Assembly (NCBI GenBank): GCA_963757605.1
Contig: CAVWSF010000005.1
Span: 1,587,667 to 1,651,666, forward strand
Direction of reading: 5' to 3'
Origin: an uncultured Actinomycetes bacterium
GTDB lineage: Bacteria > Actinomycetota > Thermoleophilia > Gaiellales > JAICJC01
DNA: 64,000 bases
Below, one piece after another: positions 1-8,396 of this stretch. The notes under the pieces were generated by a model that was not told the origin of the DNA, did no database searches, and saw only the letters and a list, made by a program, of their open reading frames with translations. The first letter of the stretch is position 1; each line of letters opens with the position of its first letter. Position numbers and translations under genes: made by a program.

Positions 1-161
1 TCGACATGCCTGTGCGACCGCCGGGGACGCTCCGCATGCGCGCGCGGGCGGTCGGGGTCGCGGCGCTCGGGCAGCCTCGGGCGCCGCGGGGACGCGGGGA
101 CGCGGCGATCGTCCTCGCCTACGCGGCCGCGGCGGCCGTGCTCGTCTCGAGCGGAGCCTGA
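1..161 (+). CDS. 3' end of an unidentified CDS (partial; hydrophobic C-terminal tail)
   Basis: The frame ending at TGA 159-161 is open from the window edge and has very high third-position GC. It ends '...AIVLAYAAAAAVLVSSGA'. No start lies in the window and no family was recognised. Confidence 0.25.
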   Translation, partial: DMPVRPPGTLRMRARAVGVAALGQPRAPRGRGDAAIVLAYAAAAAVLVSSGA

Positions 162-162
162 C

Positions 163-789
163 TCAGGTCACGGCCGCCCCGTGCAGCGCCTCGCTCACCT
201 CGGCGCTCGTCATCGGCTGGGAGAACATCGGGTAGTCGCGCGCGGTTGCGACCCGCTGCTCCTCGTCGCTCGTCGCGGCAGTGCAGTCGGTGAGCGTGAT
301 GACGTCGTAGCCCTTCTCGTAGGCCGAGCGCATCGTGGACTCCACGCAGCAGTTCGTGAGGAACCCGCCCAGGACGACCGTCTCGATGTCGTTGCTTCGC
401 AGCACGAAGTCGAGGTTCGTCGTCGCGAACGTGTCGAGCCCGCGCTTGCCCTCGACCACGATGTCGCCCTCGTGCGGTGCCATCTCGTCGCAGATCTCGA
501 CTCCCCAGGTTCCCTTCACGAACGAGTTGGAGTCGATGACGCCTTTCAGGATGCCGTACACCTTGTCCGCGTCGCCGAGCTCGCCGTAGCCGGGAGCGAA
601 CGAGATCGGGGCGTGGATGATCGTCGCGCCGGCCTTCCGGGCCTCGTCCACGAGCCGGCGCGTGTTCTCGAGCATGCCGGTGTCGTCCATCACCCCTTTG
701 ACCGCGTCGTGGAGGGTCCCGCCCTCCGTCGTGAAGTCGTTCTGGTACTCGATCAAGACCAGAGCCGTCCTCTTTGGATCGACGTCCAT
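163..789 (-). CDS. isochorismatase-family (cysteine) hydrolase
   Basis: ORF 163..858(-). It shows family-like 'TALVLIEYQNDF' and 'VVLGGFLTNCCVEST' segments. The start was moved to the ATG at 789 (MDVDPKRT). Confidence 0.85.
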   Translation of the reverse strand: MDVDPKRTALVLIEYQNDFTTEGGTLHDAVKGVMDDTGMLENTRRLVDEARKAGATIIHAPISFAPGYGELGDADKVYGILKGVIDSNSFVKGTWGVEICDEMAPHEGDIVVEGKRGLDTFATTNLDFVLRSNDIETVVLGGFLTNCCVESTMRSAYEKGYDVITLTDCTAATSDEEQRVATARDYPMFSQPMTSAEVSEALHGAAVT

Positions 790-887
790 CGCGCACCTCG
801 CCCGGTCGGGGATCTGGACCCGCAATGGTACTCCTCGCGCGGGCGAAATTTCGTGCACGTTTTCCAGGCTAAAGCCCGCGTGCGCGC

Positions 888-2207
888 GTGCCGATCTCCT
901 TCCTCGTGGACCCCCTCCGCGAATCCGGAACGCGCCGCGCTGCGCGCGGCGATCGGTGGATCGACCGATGGCTGGCCGCCTGCGCCGATCTCGCCGAGCT
1001 GAAGCGCTCGAACCCGATGACCGACGCGGTCATCGACGAGATCGACGGCCGCATGATCCGGATCGGCGACCAGTGGCTCGCGGACTTCGCGTCGTGCAAC
1101 TACCTCGGTTTCGATCTCGACACCGAGATCATCGAAGCGATCCCGGAGTACCTGCGCCGCTGGGGCACGCACCCCAGCTGGTCGCGGCTCCTCGGAAGCC
1201 CCGTCCTCTACGAGGAGATCGAGGAGCGGCTGACCGCGCTCCTGGGCTGTGAGGACTCGCTCGTCCTGCCCACGATCACCCACATCCACATGTCGGTGAT
1301 CCCGGTGCTGGCCGCCGGGGGCACCATCTTCCTCGACAGCCGGGCCCACAAGACGATCTACGACGGCTGCCAGGTCGCCCGGGCCCGCGGCGCCACGGTG
1401 AAGCGGTTTCGGTTCGAGGATCCCGACGACCTCGAGCGGCAGCTGCGCGACGACCTCTCGCACACCCGCATCGTGTGCATGGACGGCGTGAACAGCATCA
1501 CGGGGAACGCCCCCGACCTGCCCGCGTTCGCCCGGGTGGCCCGCGAGCACGGCGCCCTGCTCTACGTCGACGACGCCCACGGCTTCGGCGTGATCGGCGA
1601 GCGCGGCGAGAAGGAGACGTCGCCCTACGGCCTGCGCGGGAACAGCATCGTCCGCCACTTCGGCGAGTCCTACGACGGGATCGTGCTGGTCGCCGGCTTC
1701 TCGAAGGCGTACTCGTCGCTGGCGGCGTTCATCGCCTGCCCGACCGAGCTCAAGGAGCTGCTCAAGACGGCCGCGCCGCCGTACCTCTACTCGGGCCCGT
1801 CGCCGGTCGCCTCGCTCGCGACCGTGCTCGCAGGCTTCGACGTGAACGACGCCCGCGGCGAGCAGCTGCGCTTCGCGCTCTGGCGCAAGACCGACGCCGT
1901 CCTGCGGCGCCTGGCCGAGCTCGACGTCTACACGCCAAACCATTCCGGATACCCGATCATCGAGGTGCCGCTGCGGCACCACGAGGAGATCGGCGAGGTG
2001 GGCCGCTTCCTGTTCGACCGCGGCGTCTACGTCACCCTGGCCGCCTACCCGCTCGTGCCCAAGCACGAGGTGGGCTTCCGCGTCCAGGTGACCGCCGCAA
2101 ACACCGACGCCGAGATCGAGCGTCTCACAAGCGTCATCGCGGAGCTGGCCGCAGCGGGCAGGCTGCGGCTCCGCTCCGACGCCGAGCGCGCCCGGGAGGC
2201 CGCATGA
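888..2207 (+). CDS. PLP-dependent alpha-oxoamine synthase (serine palmitoyltransferase / KBL / BioF-like)
   Basis: 439-aa ORF with 'ASCNYLGF', 'YVDDAHGFGVIG' and 'GFSKAY' (PLP lysine). The N-terminal helix resembles bacterial SPT. Start is GTG 888; ATG 1017 is an alternative. Confidence 0.85.
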   Translation: MPISFLVDPLRESGTRRAARGDRWIDRWLAACADLAELKRSNPMTDAVIDEIDGRMIRIGDQWLADFASCNYLGFDLDTEIIEAIPEYLRRWGTHPSWSRLLGSPVLYEEIEERLTALLGCEDSLVLPTITHIHMSVIPVLAAGGTIFLDSRAHKTIYDGCQVARARGATVKRFRFEDPDDLERQLRDDLSHTRIVCMDGVNSITGNAPDLPAFARVAREHGALLYVDDAHGFGVIGERGEKETSPYGLRGNSIVRHFGESYDGIVLVAGFSKAYSSLAAFIACPTELKELLKTAAPPYLYSGPSPVASLATVLAGFDVNDARGEQLRFALWRKTDAVLRRLAELDVYTPNHSGYPIIEVPLRHHEEIGEVGRFLFDRGVYVTLAAYPLVPKHEVGFRVQVTAANTDAEIERLTSVIAELAAAGRLRLRSDAERAREAA

Positions 2208-5200
2208 CCGTCTCGCGCGCGCTCTCGTCCGCGAGGCTCTCGCGGCAGACCGCCTGGGCCTGGTACATGGCCGCGGGCGCCTTCGTCACGCTCCTTTACG
2301 CGACGGTCCCGCCGGTCGCCGGCAACGGCCGGGTGATGAACGCGCTCGGGCTCTCGTCCTCGGTGGCGATCGTGCTCGGCATCGTCTACCACCAGCCCAA
2401 GCTGCGGAAGGCGTGGGTGTTCTTCCTGGTCGGGCAGCTCCTCTTCTTCATGGGCGACGTCTACACGTACAGCCCGAACGTCCCGTTCCCGTCGTGGGGG
2501 GACGCGCTCTACCTGACGGTGTATCCGGCGCTCATGGCGGGCCTCGTCCTGCTCGTGCGCCGCCGCAACCCGATCTCCGACTGGGCCAGCCTGATCGACT
2601 CGCTGATCCTGACGCTCGGCATCGCCCTGCTCTCGTGGGTGTTCCTGGTCGCGCCGTACATCGACTTCAGCGGCATGTCCTCCCTCGACAAGGGCATCTC
2701 AATGGCCTACCCGCTCGGCGACGTCCTGCTGCTGGCTGCGGCCATCCGGCTCGCCGTCGACGCCGGCCGCCGCCAGCCCGCCTTCTACCTGCTCGCCTCG
2801 AGCATCGTGTGTCTGCTCGTCACGGACTCGGTCTACAACTACATGCTCCTCAAGGGCACCTACGACCACCAGGTCCTGCTGGACGTGGGCTGGATCGGCT
2901 ACTACCTGCTCTGGGGCGCCGCGGCGCTGCATCCCTCGATGCGCACGCTGGACGAGCCGGCACCCGATCGCTACGTGCGCCTCACCCGCGTCCGGCTCGG
3001 CCTGCTCGCGGTCGCCTGCCTCATCGCGCCGGCGATCCGGATCGTCCAGGCCGACCGCACCGCCGAGATGCTGGTCGTCACCTGCGCGTCGATGCTGCTC
3101 TTCCTGCTCGTGGTCGCTCGCATGGCCGGCCTCGTCCGCCAGGAGGAGCGGGTCGTCGCCCGCGAGCGCGCCCTGCGCCACGTCGGGCTCGCGCTGGTCG
3201 GCGCGACCGGCCTCGACCAGATCTACGCCGCCACGATCGAGGCCGTCCAGTCGCTGGTCGGGAAGGCCGTTCCCGTGTGGGTCGTCGACGTCAAGAACGA
3301 CGGCTGCCGCATCGTCGCGTCATCGGACGGGCACCGAGCCGAGGCCGCCGCACTCGACGTCCTCGCGACGGCGTGGATCGCCCGCCGCACCGCGGTCGGC
3401 TCCGCCCCGCTCGCCGAGGCGCCGCCCGAGCTTCGCGCCGCCCTCGGGATCGCCGAGGACGCCGTCGACGCCGACGACCGGCTCGTCCTCTCGCAGCTCT
3501 CAGGCCGCGGCGAGGCGCTCGGGTACGTCGTCGTCGCCGTGGACAAGGCCGACGTCGCCGTCCTCACGCCCGCCCTCGAGGCGCTCGGCTCGCAGGTGGC
3601 CCTGGCCGTCTCGAGCGCGCTCCTCTCCGAGGACCTCCACCGGCGCCAGAGCGAGGCTCGCTTCCGCTCGCTGGTCGCCCACTCGAGCGATCTGATCACG
3701 GTGCTCGACGCGGGCGGGGAGATCAGCTACCTCAGCCCGTCGATCGAGCGCCTGCTCGGCTACGGGGCGGACGACCTCCACGGCACGAGCTTCCTCTCGC
3801 TCGTCGCGCCGGCCGACCGCGGCCGCATCGCGCACATCCTGGAGCCGGCCGGGCCCGAGATCGACAGCCACACGCTCGAGTGCGCGCTCGTCCATCGCGA
3901 CGGCACCGACCTCGAGTTCGAGATCCGGCACTCGAACCTGATCGACGACGAGCACATCCGCGGCATCGTCTTGAACTCGCGCGACATCAGCGAGCGCAAG
4001 ACCTTCGAGCGCCAGCTCGCCCACCAGGCCTTCCACGACTCCGTGACCGGGCTCGCCAACCGCGCCCTCTTCGCCGATCGCGTCGCCCATGCGCTCTCGC
4101 GGCGGTCCGACGAGCGCTCGCCGATCGGCGTGATGTTCATCGACCTCGACGACTTCAAGACGATCAACGACAGCCTCGGGCACCCCGTCGGCGACTCGGT
4201 GCTGCGCGAGGTCGGAGAGCGGCTGCTCGCGGCGCTCCGGCCCACCGACACGGCCGCCCGGTTCGGCGGCGACGAGTTCGCGGTCCTGCTCGAGGACATC
4301 GAGGGCACCCAGCACGCGGCCGACATCGCCGAGCGCCTCAAGGAGGCCATCGAGCGGCCGGTCACGGTCGAGGAGAAGCAGCTCTTCGTGCGCGCCAGCA
4401 TCGGCATCTGCCTCACGCGCACGGGCGAGGCAACGAGCCCGGAGGACCTGCTCCGAAACGCCGACGTCGCGATGTACATGGCCAAGCGCGATATCAAGGG
4501 CAGCTACCGCATGTTCGAGCCGGCGATGCACGAGAGCGTCGTCGAGCGGCTCGAGCTGCGCGCCGACCTCCAGCGGGCCATCGACGAGCGCCAGCTCGAG
4601 GTGCACTACCAGCCGGTCGTGCGGCTCGACAGGGGCTCGGTGAACGGGCTCGAGGCGCTGCTGCGCTGGCAGCACCCGACCAAGGGCACGATCTCGCCCG
4701 TCCAGTTCATCCCGCTCGCCGAGGAGACCGGCCTCATCATCCCGATCGGCCGCTGGGTGCTGCGCGAAGCCTGCAAGCAGGGCGCCGCCCTCCAGAAGGC
4801 GGTCGGCGACGGCCAGCGCCTGATGATGAGCGTCAACCTGTCGGTGAAGCAGCTCCAGTCCGACACGATCGTCGCCGACGTCGAGTCTGCGCTCGAGGAG
4901 TCCGGGCTCGTCCACGAGAACCTGGTGCTCGAGATCACCGAGTCCGTGATGATGGCCGACACCGACCTCGCGGTGGAGCGGCTGCACGCGCTCAAGGCGC
5001 TGGGCGTGCGGCTTGCGATGGACGACTTCGGCACCGGCTACTCGTCGCTCAGCTACCTCGAGAAGTTCCCGATCGACATCCTGAAGATGGACCGGTCGTT
5101 CCTGCAGTCCGGCAAGGCCGACTCGGGCCTCGCCGCCGCGATCGTGAGCCTCGGCGAGACCTTGAAGCTCCAGGTGGTCGCCGAGGGCATCGAGATGCCC

Positions 5201-5359
5201 GAGCAGCTCGCATCGCTGCTCAACCTCGGCTGCGAGCTCGGCCAGGGCTTCCTGTTCGCGAAGGCGATGCCGCTTCCCTCGGTGGTGGAGTACCTCGAAG
5301 CCGCGGTGGAAGAGCCGCCGGCTGACGAGATCGACCGCCCCGAGCGCGATGCAGCATAG
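2204..5359 (+). CDS. multi-pass membrane sensor with PAS, GGDEF and EAL domains (c-di-GMP turnover protein)
   Basis: The true start ATG 2204 overlaps the upstream TGA (ATGA). The N-terminal region has about 9-10 hydrophobic helices. PAS-like 'ITVLDAGGEISYLSPS', 'RFGGDEFAVL' (GGDEF), and 'EALLRW', 'DDFGTGYSSL', 'KMDRSF' (EAL) are present. The upstream part of ORF 1475..5359 is a shadow. Confidence 0.9.
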   Translation: MTVSRALSSARLSRQTAWAWYMAAGAFVTLLYATVPPVAGNGRVMNALGLSSSVAIVLGIVYHQPKLRKAWVFFLVGQLLFFMGDVYTYSPNVPFPSWGDALYLTVYPALMAGLVLLVRRRNPISDWASLIDSLILTLGIALLSWVFLVAPYIDFSGMSSLDKGISMAYPLGDVLLLAAAIRLAVDAGRRQPAFYLLASSIVCLLVTDSVYNYMLLKGTYDHQVLLDVGWIGYYLLWGAAALHPSMRTLDEPAPDRYVRLTRVRLGLLAVACLIAPAIRIVQADRTAEMLVVTCASMLLFLLVVARMAGLVRQEERVVARERALRHVGLALVGATGLDQIYAATIEAVQSLVGKAVPVWVVDVKNDGCRIVASSDGHRAEAAALDVLATAWIARRTAVGSAPLAEAPPELRAALGIAEDAVDADDRLVLSQLSGRGEALGYVVVAVDKADVAVLTPALEALGSQVALAVSSALLSEDLHRRQSEARFRSLVAHSSDLITVLDAGGEISYLSPSIERLLGYGADDLHGTSFLSLVAPADRGRIAHILEPAGPEIDSHTLECALVHRDGTDLEFEIRHSNLIDDEHIRGIVLNSRDISERKTFERQLAHQAFHDSVTGLANRALFADRVAHALSRRSDERSPIGVMFIDLDDFKTINDSLGHPVGDSVLREVGERLLAALRPTDTAARFGGDEFAVLLEDIEGTQHAADIAERLKEAIERPVTVEEKQLFVRASIGICLTRTGEATSPEDLLRNADVAMYMAKRDIKGSYRMFEPAMHESVVERLELRADLQRAIDERQLEVHYQPVVRLDRGSVNGLEALLRWQHPTKGTISPVQFIPLAEETGLIIPIGRWVLREACKQGAALQKAVGDGQRLMMSVNLSVKQLQSDTIVADVESALEESGLVHENLVLEITESVMMADTDLAVERLHALKALGVRLAMDDFGTGYSSLSYLEKFPIDILKMDRSFLQSGKADSGLAAAIVSLGETLKLQVVAEGIEMPEQLASLLNLGCELGQGFLFAKAMPLPSVVEYLEAAVEEPPADEIDRPERDAA

Positions 5360-6710
5360 TTACGAGGCGCTCGACCGCCCGGGCGGGTTCTCGCGTGTGA
5401 ACCTGCTTCACCCGCTGCGCCACCGGCGCTTCCTGCTCCTGTGGGCGGGGATGACGGTGTCGCTCTTCGGCGACGGCATCTTCCTCGTCGCCATGGCGTG
5501 GCAGGTGTACGAGCTCTGGAACGCGCCGGCGGCGCTCTCGGTCGTCGGGATCGCGATGACCGTGCCCACGATCGCCTGCCTGCTCCCGGGCGGCGTCGTC
5601 AGCGACCGCTTCGACCGGCGCTCCGTGATGCTCGCGGCCGATGCGCTTAGGGCCGTCGTCATCGGCCTCCTCGCCGCCCTCTCGGCCACCGGGTCGCTCA
5701 CCCTCTGGGAGCTGGCCGTCCTGTGCGCCGTCTACGGCGTCGGGACCGCCTTCTTCAACCCCGCCTTCGACGCGGTGGTGCCCGACATCCTGCCGGCCGA
5801 CCAGCTCGCGGCGGCCAACTCGCTCGACCAGTTCGTGCGTCCGCTCGCGCTGCGGCTCGCCGGGCCGGCGGCGGCGGGATGGCTCATCGCGGGCGTCGGT
5901 CTCGGCGCCGCCTTTGCGATCGACGCGGCGACGTTCTGCGTCTCCGCTGCGGCGCTCGTGGCGATCGGGCGGACGCCGCGCCCGCGGCGGGAGCCCGGCC
6001 AGTCGGCGGTCGAGGACGTCCGCCAGGGCTACCGCTTCATCCGCCGGCGGGTGTGGCTGTGGGGCACGCTGCTCTCGGCGGCGGTCGCCTACCTCGTCTT
6101 CCTGGGGCCGACCGAGGTGCTCCTGCCGTACATGGTGAAGAACGTCGTGCACGGCTCGGCGGAGTCGCTCGGCCTGGTGTTCGCCGCGGGCGGCCTGGGC
6201 GCGATCGGCTGCGCGCTCGTCATGGGCCAGCGCGGTCAGCCGCGCCGGGGCGTCGCGTTCATCTACGCCACCTGGACGCTCGCGACCGTCGCCGTCGCCG
6301 GCTACGGGCTCGCGACCGCCACCTGGCAGCTCATGCTGGCGTGCCTGGTGTTCAACATCCTCGAGACCGCGGGGACGATCGTGTGGGCGACGCTCAAGCA
6401 GCAGCACGTGCCGGCCGAGCTTCTGGGCCGGGTGTCGAGCCTGGACTGGCTGATCTCGATCGGCCTCCTGCCGCTGTCGTTCGCGCTGACGGCGCCGGCG
6501 GTGGCGCTCCTGGGCGCTCGCACGACGCTCGTGGCGGCCGGCGTGATCGGCGCTGTGGTGACCGCGTCGGCGCTCCTCCTGCCCGGCATGCTCGACCTCG
6601 ACCGGGCCGCCGAGCCCGAGCCGCAAGCCCCCGATGAGGTGGACGTCGTGGTCACGCGAATCCGCCTTCACGAGAGCGATCCGTCCGCCCTCCCGGGCCC
6701 TCGCGCATAG
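5349..6710 (+). CDS. MFS transporter (EntS/MFS_3-like, 12 TMS)
   Basis: 453-aa hydrophobic ORF with 'FRLLWAG...FGDGIFLVAMAW' and 'VVSDRFDRR'. It overlaps the GGDEF-EAL stop by 11 nt. A paralog-like gene lies at 47176..48432. Confidence 0.8.
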   Translation: MQHSYEALDRPGGFSRVNLLHPLRHRRFLLLWAGMTVSLFGDGIFLVAMAWQVYELWNAPAALSVVGIAMTVPTIACLLPGGVVSDRFDRRSVMLAADALRAVVIGLLAALSATGSLTLWELAVLCAVYGVGTAFFNPAFDAVVPDILPADQLAAANSLDQFVRPLALRLAGPAAAGWLIAGVGLGAAFAIDAATFCVSAAALVAIGRTPRPRREPGQSAVEDVRQGYRFIRRRVWLWGTLLSAAVAYLVFLGPTEVLLPYMVKNVVHGSAESLGLVFAAGGLGAIGCALVMGQRGQPRRGVAFIYATWTLATVAVAGYGLATATWQLMLACLVFNILETAGTIVWATLKQQHVPAELLGRVSSLDWLISIGLLPLSFALTAPAVALLGARTTLVAAGVIGAVVTASALLLPGMLDLDRAAEPEPQAPDEVDVVVTRIRLHESDPSALPGPRA

Positions 6711-6744
6711 CCCGCAGCCGACCGGCGCAAATTTGTGCTCATAG

Positions 6745-6773
6745 TTGCTTGTTGCGTCAGCGACGGCTAGGGT
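6745..6773 (+). promoter_or_regulatory. candidate promoter (TTGCTT - 17 nt - TAGGGT) for the 6876 gene
   Basis: -35-like TTGCTT at 6745-6750, a 17-nt spacer, and -10-like TAGGGT (TANNNT) at 6768-6773 lie in a lower-GC intergenic region. A GGAGG Shine-Dalgarno sits 6 nt before ATG 6876. Confidence 0.3.
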
Positions 6774-6875
6774 CGCGTCTCGACAGGCCGGGGGCCTGAC
6801 CGGTCTGCCGCGGGCCAATGGGCATGGCGGCGGCTTGCAGGAACTCCCGACAACCCGCGATCCGGGAGGAAGACC

Positions 6876-7598
6876 ATGACAAAGAGGATTGTGGCGGCGC
6901 TCGTCGTCGCCCTGGGGATGCTGACCTTCGCCGCGGTCGCTTCGGCCGAGCCGAAGGTCGACTCCAGCCAGCGGCTGCGGGTGCAGGTGGATCCGAACCA
7001 GTCGGGCTGCAACTCCGTCGACTCTGTTGCCGGGTGGGTCATGGGGCCGGATTCCCCGAGCGACTCCAACCAGCGCCTGTTCCATACGGACGTCGGCACA
7101 CCTATCGGCTGCGTCCTCCTGTTCTCGAACGCGAGCTTCAACCGCCACGTCGCGGTCGGGAAACAGAAGAACATCTCGATCCAACTCCGCACGACGTCGG
7201 TCTCACTCGGCCTGAACTACATGGTGGCGGAGGTCTCGACCGACGGGAACAACTCGACGACCGAGGACACGCTGTTCCTCGATCCCGCCGATTGCAACCA
7301 TCCTGTGGGCAGCAGCACAACCTGGGTCCGGGCCGACTTCACGGGCTTCAAGGGCGACAACACGTGCATGATCGTCGTGAACTCCCCGCAGACCGCGATG
7401 TACACGTCCGACGCGGAGCACTCGGCGTTCCAGAACTATGCCGCCGACCACCCCGGGGCACTCGTGATCCATAAGTACGTCGTGATCGCGAAGTCAGGTG
7501 ACAGCCGGTTCGACCGGATCGCCCTCGGCGCCGGGAAGATGTACGACAACGACAGCTCGCACGCCGTGAAATGCACGACCGAGGCAAGCTGCTCGTAG
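6876..7598 (+). CDS. secreted hypothetical protein (signal peptide, 6 Cys), no family recognised
   Basis: N-terminus 'MTKRIVAALVVALGMLTFAAVASA|EP' is a classic signal peptide. A strong SD precedes the start. GC is visibly lower than in the neighbours, and the composition is Asn/Ser/Thr-rich. Confidence 0.7.
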   Translation: MTKRIVAALVVALGMLTFAAVASAEPKVDSSQRLRVQVDPNQSGCNSVDSVAGWVMGPDSPSDSNQRLFHTDVGTPIGCVLLFSNASFNRHVAVGKQKNISIQLRTTSVSLGLNYMVAEVSTDGNNSTTEDTLFLDPADCNHPVGSSTTWVRADFTGFKGDNTCMIVVNSPQTAMYTSDAEHSAFQNYAADHPGALVIHKYVVIAKSGDSRFDRIALGAGKMYDNDSSHAVKCTTEASCS

Positions 7599-7611
7599 CG
7601 ATGCAGGGCTA

Positions 7612-7642
7612 GAGTCGGGGTCGTGTGCCACGACCCCGACTC
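7612..7642 (+). terminator. perfect 14-bp stem hairpin (GAGTCGGGGTCGTG-TGC-CACGACCCCGACTC), probable terminator of the 6876 gene
   Basis: The inverted repeat was read directly, 14 nt after stop 7598. There is no U-tail, which is common in high-GC actinobacteria. It overlaps the GTG 7623 start of the next ORF. Confidence 0.45.
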
Positions 7643-8381
7643 GGGCCCGCCGATCCCGCCGATCGCCGGCGCATCCGTTTCGCACGACGACCTCGTCCTC
7701 GAGTCGGCCGACGGGAACCGGTTCGCGGCGTTCGCGGCCGGGCCGGACACGCCGCCGCGGTGCGGGGTCGTCGTCCTCCCCGACGTCCGCGGCCTGCACC
7801 ACTTCTACGAGGAGGTCGCGCTGCGGCTCGGCGAGCAGGGCGTCGCGGCGGTCGCGGTCGACTACTTCGGGCGCACGGCAGGGATCGCGAAGCGCGACGA
7901 GGACTTCCCGTACACGGACCACGTGCCGCAGACGCGGAGTGCCGGGGTCCAGTCCGACGTCCGGGCCGCGGTCGCGCACCTGCGAGCGACGGCGGGGGCC
8001 GAGACGGTGTTCACGCTGGGCTTCTGCTTCGGCGGCCGTCACTCATGGCTCTCCACGGCCGGCGGCCACAGCATCGCCGGGGCGATCGGCTTCTACGGGT
8101 CGACCGGCCCCCGGAACGGCGAGGACGGCCCGATCCAGCGGGCCGGCGAGTTCCGGGCGCCGATCCTGGCGCTGATGGGCGGCGCGGACCAGGCGATCAC
8201 GGCCGATGACGTCGCGGCGTTCGAGACGGCGCTCGCGGCCGCAGGCGTGGAGCACGAGGTGGTGACCTACGACGGTGCGCCGCACAGCTTCTTCGACCGC
8301 AAGCAGGAGCAGTTCGCCGACGTGTCGGCGGATGCCTGGCGGCGCGTGCTGGCGTTCCTCGACGCCAACACGCCCGGCTGA
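7623..8381 (+). CDS. dienelactone hydrolase family protein
   Basis: 252-aa ORF with 'VVVLPDVRGLHHFYEEVALRLGEQG', 'LGFCFGG' (nucleophile Cys elbow) and 'YDGAPHSF'. The exact start is uncertain because GTG 7623 lies inside the hairpin. Confidence 0.8.
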   Translation: MCHDPDSGPPIPPIAGASVSHDDLVLESADGNRFAAFAAGPDTPPRCGVVVLPDVRGLHHFYEEVALRLGEQGVAAVAVDYFGRTAGIAKRDEDFPYTDHVPQTRSAGVQSDVRAAVAHLRATAGAETVFTLGFCFGGRHSWLSTAGGHSIAGAIGFYGSTGPRNGEDGPIQRAGEFRAPILALMGGADQAITADDVAAFETALAAAGVEHEVVTYDGAPHSFFDRKQEQFADVSADAWRRVLAFLDANTPG

Positions 8382-8396
8382 AGCGCCGGCCCGCGC

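Noticed and set aside
753-2066. Long antisense or off-frame ORFs throughout the window. Examples: 753..2066(-), 2413..5325(+), 5220..7184(-), 9786..11321(-), 12362..15235(+), 21039..22457(-), 35151..37274(-), 44882..47062(-), 51235..53100(-), 51972..54755(+).
   Set aside because: Their translations are Arg/Pro/Gly/Ala-rich low-complexity strings without family motifs. They overlap well-supported genes on the other strand or frame. This is the expected stop-codon-poor shadow effect in DNA of about 70% GC or higher.
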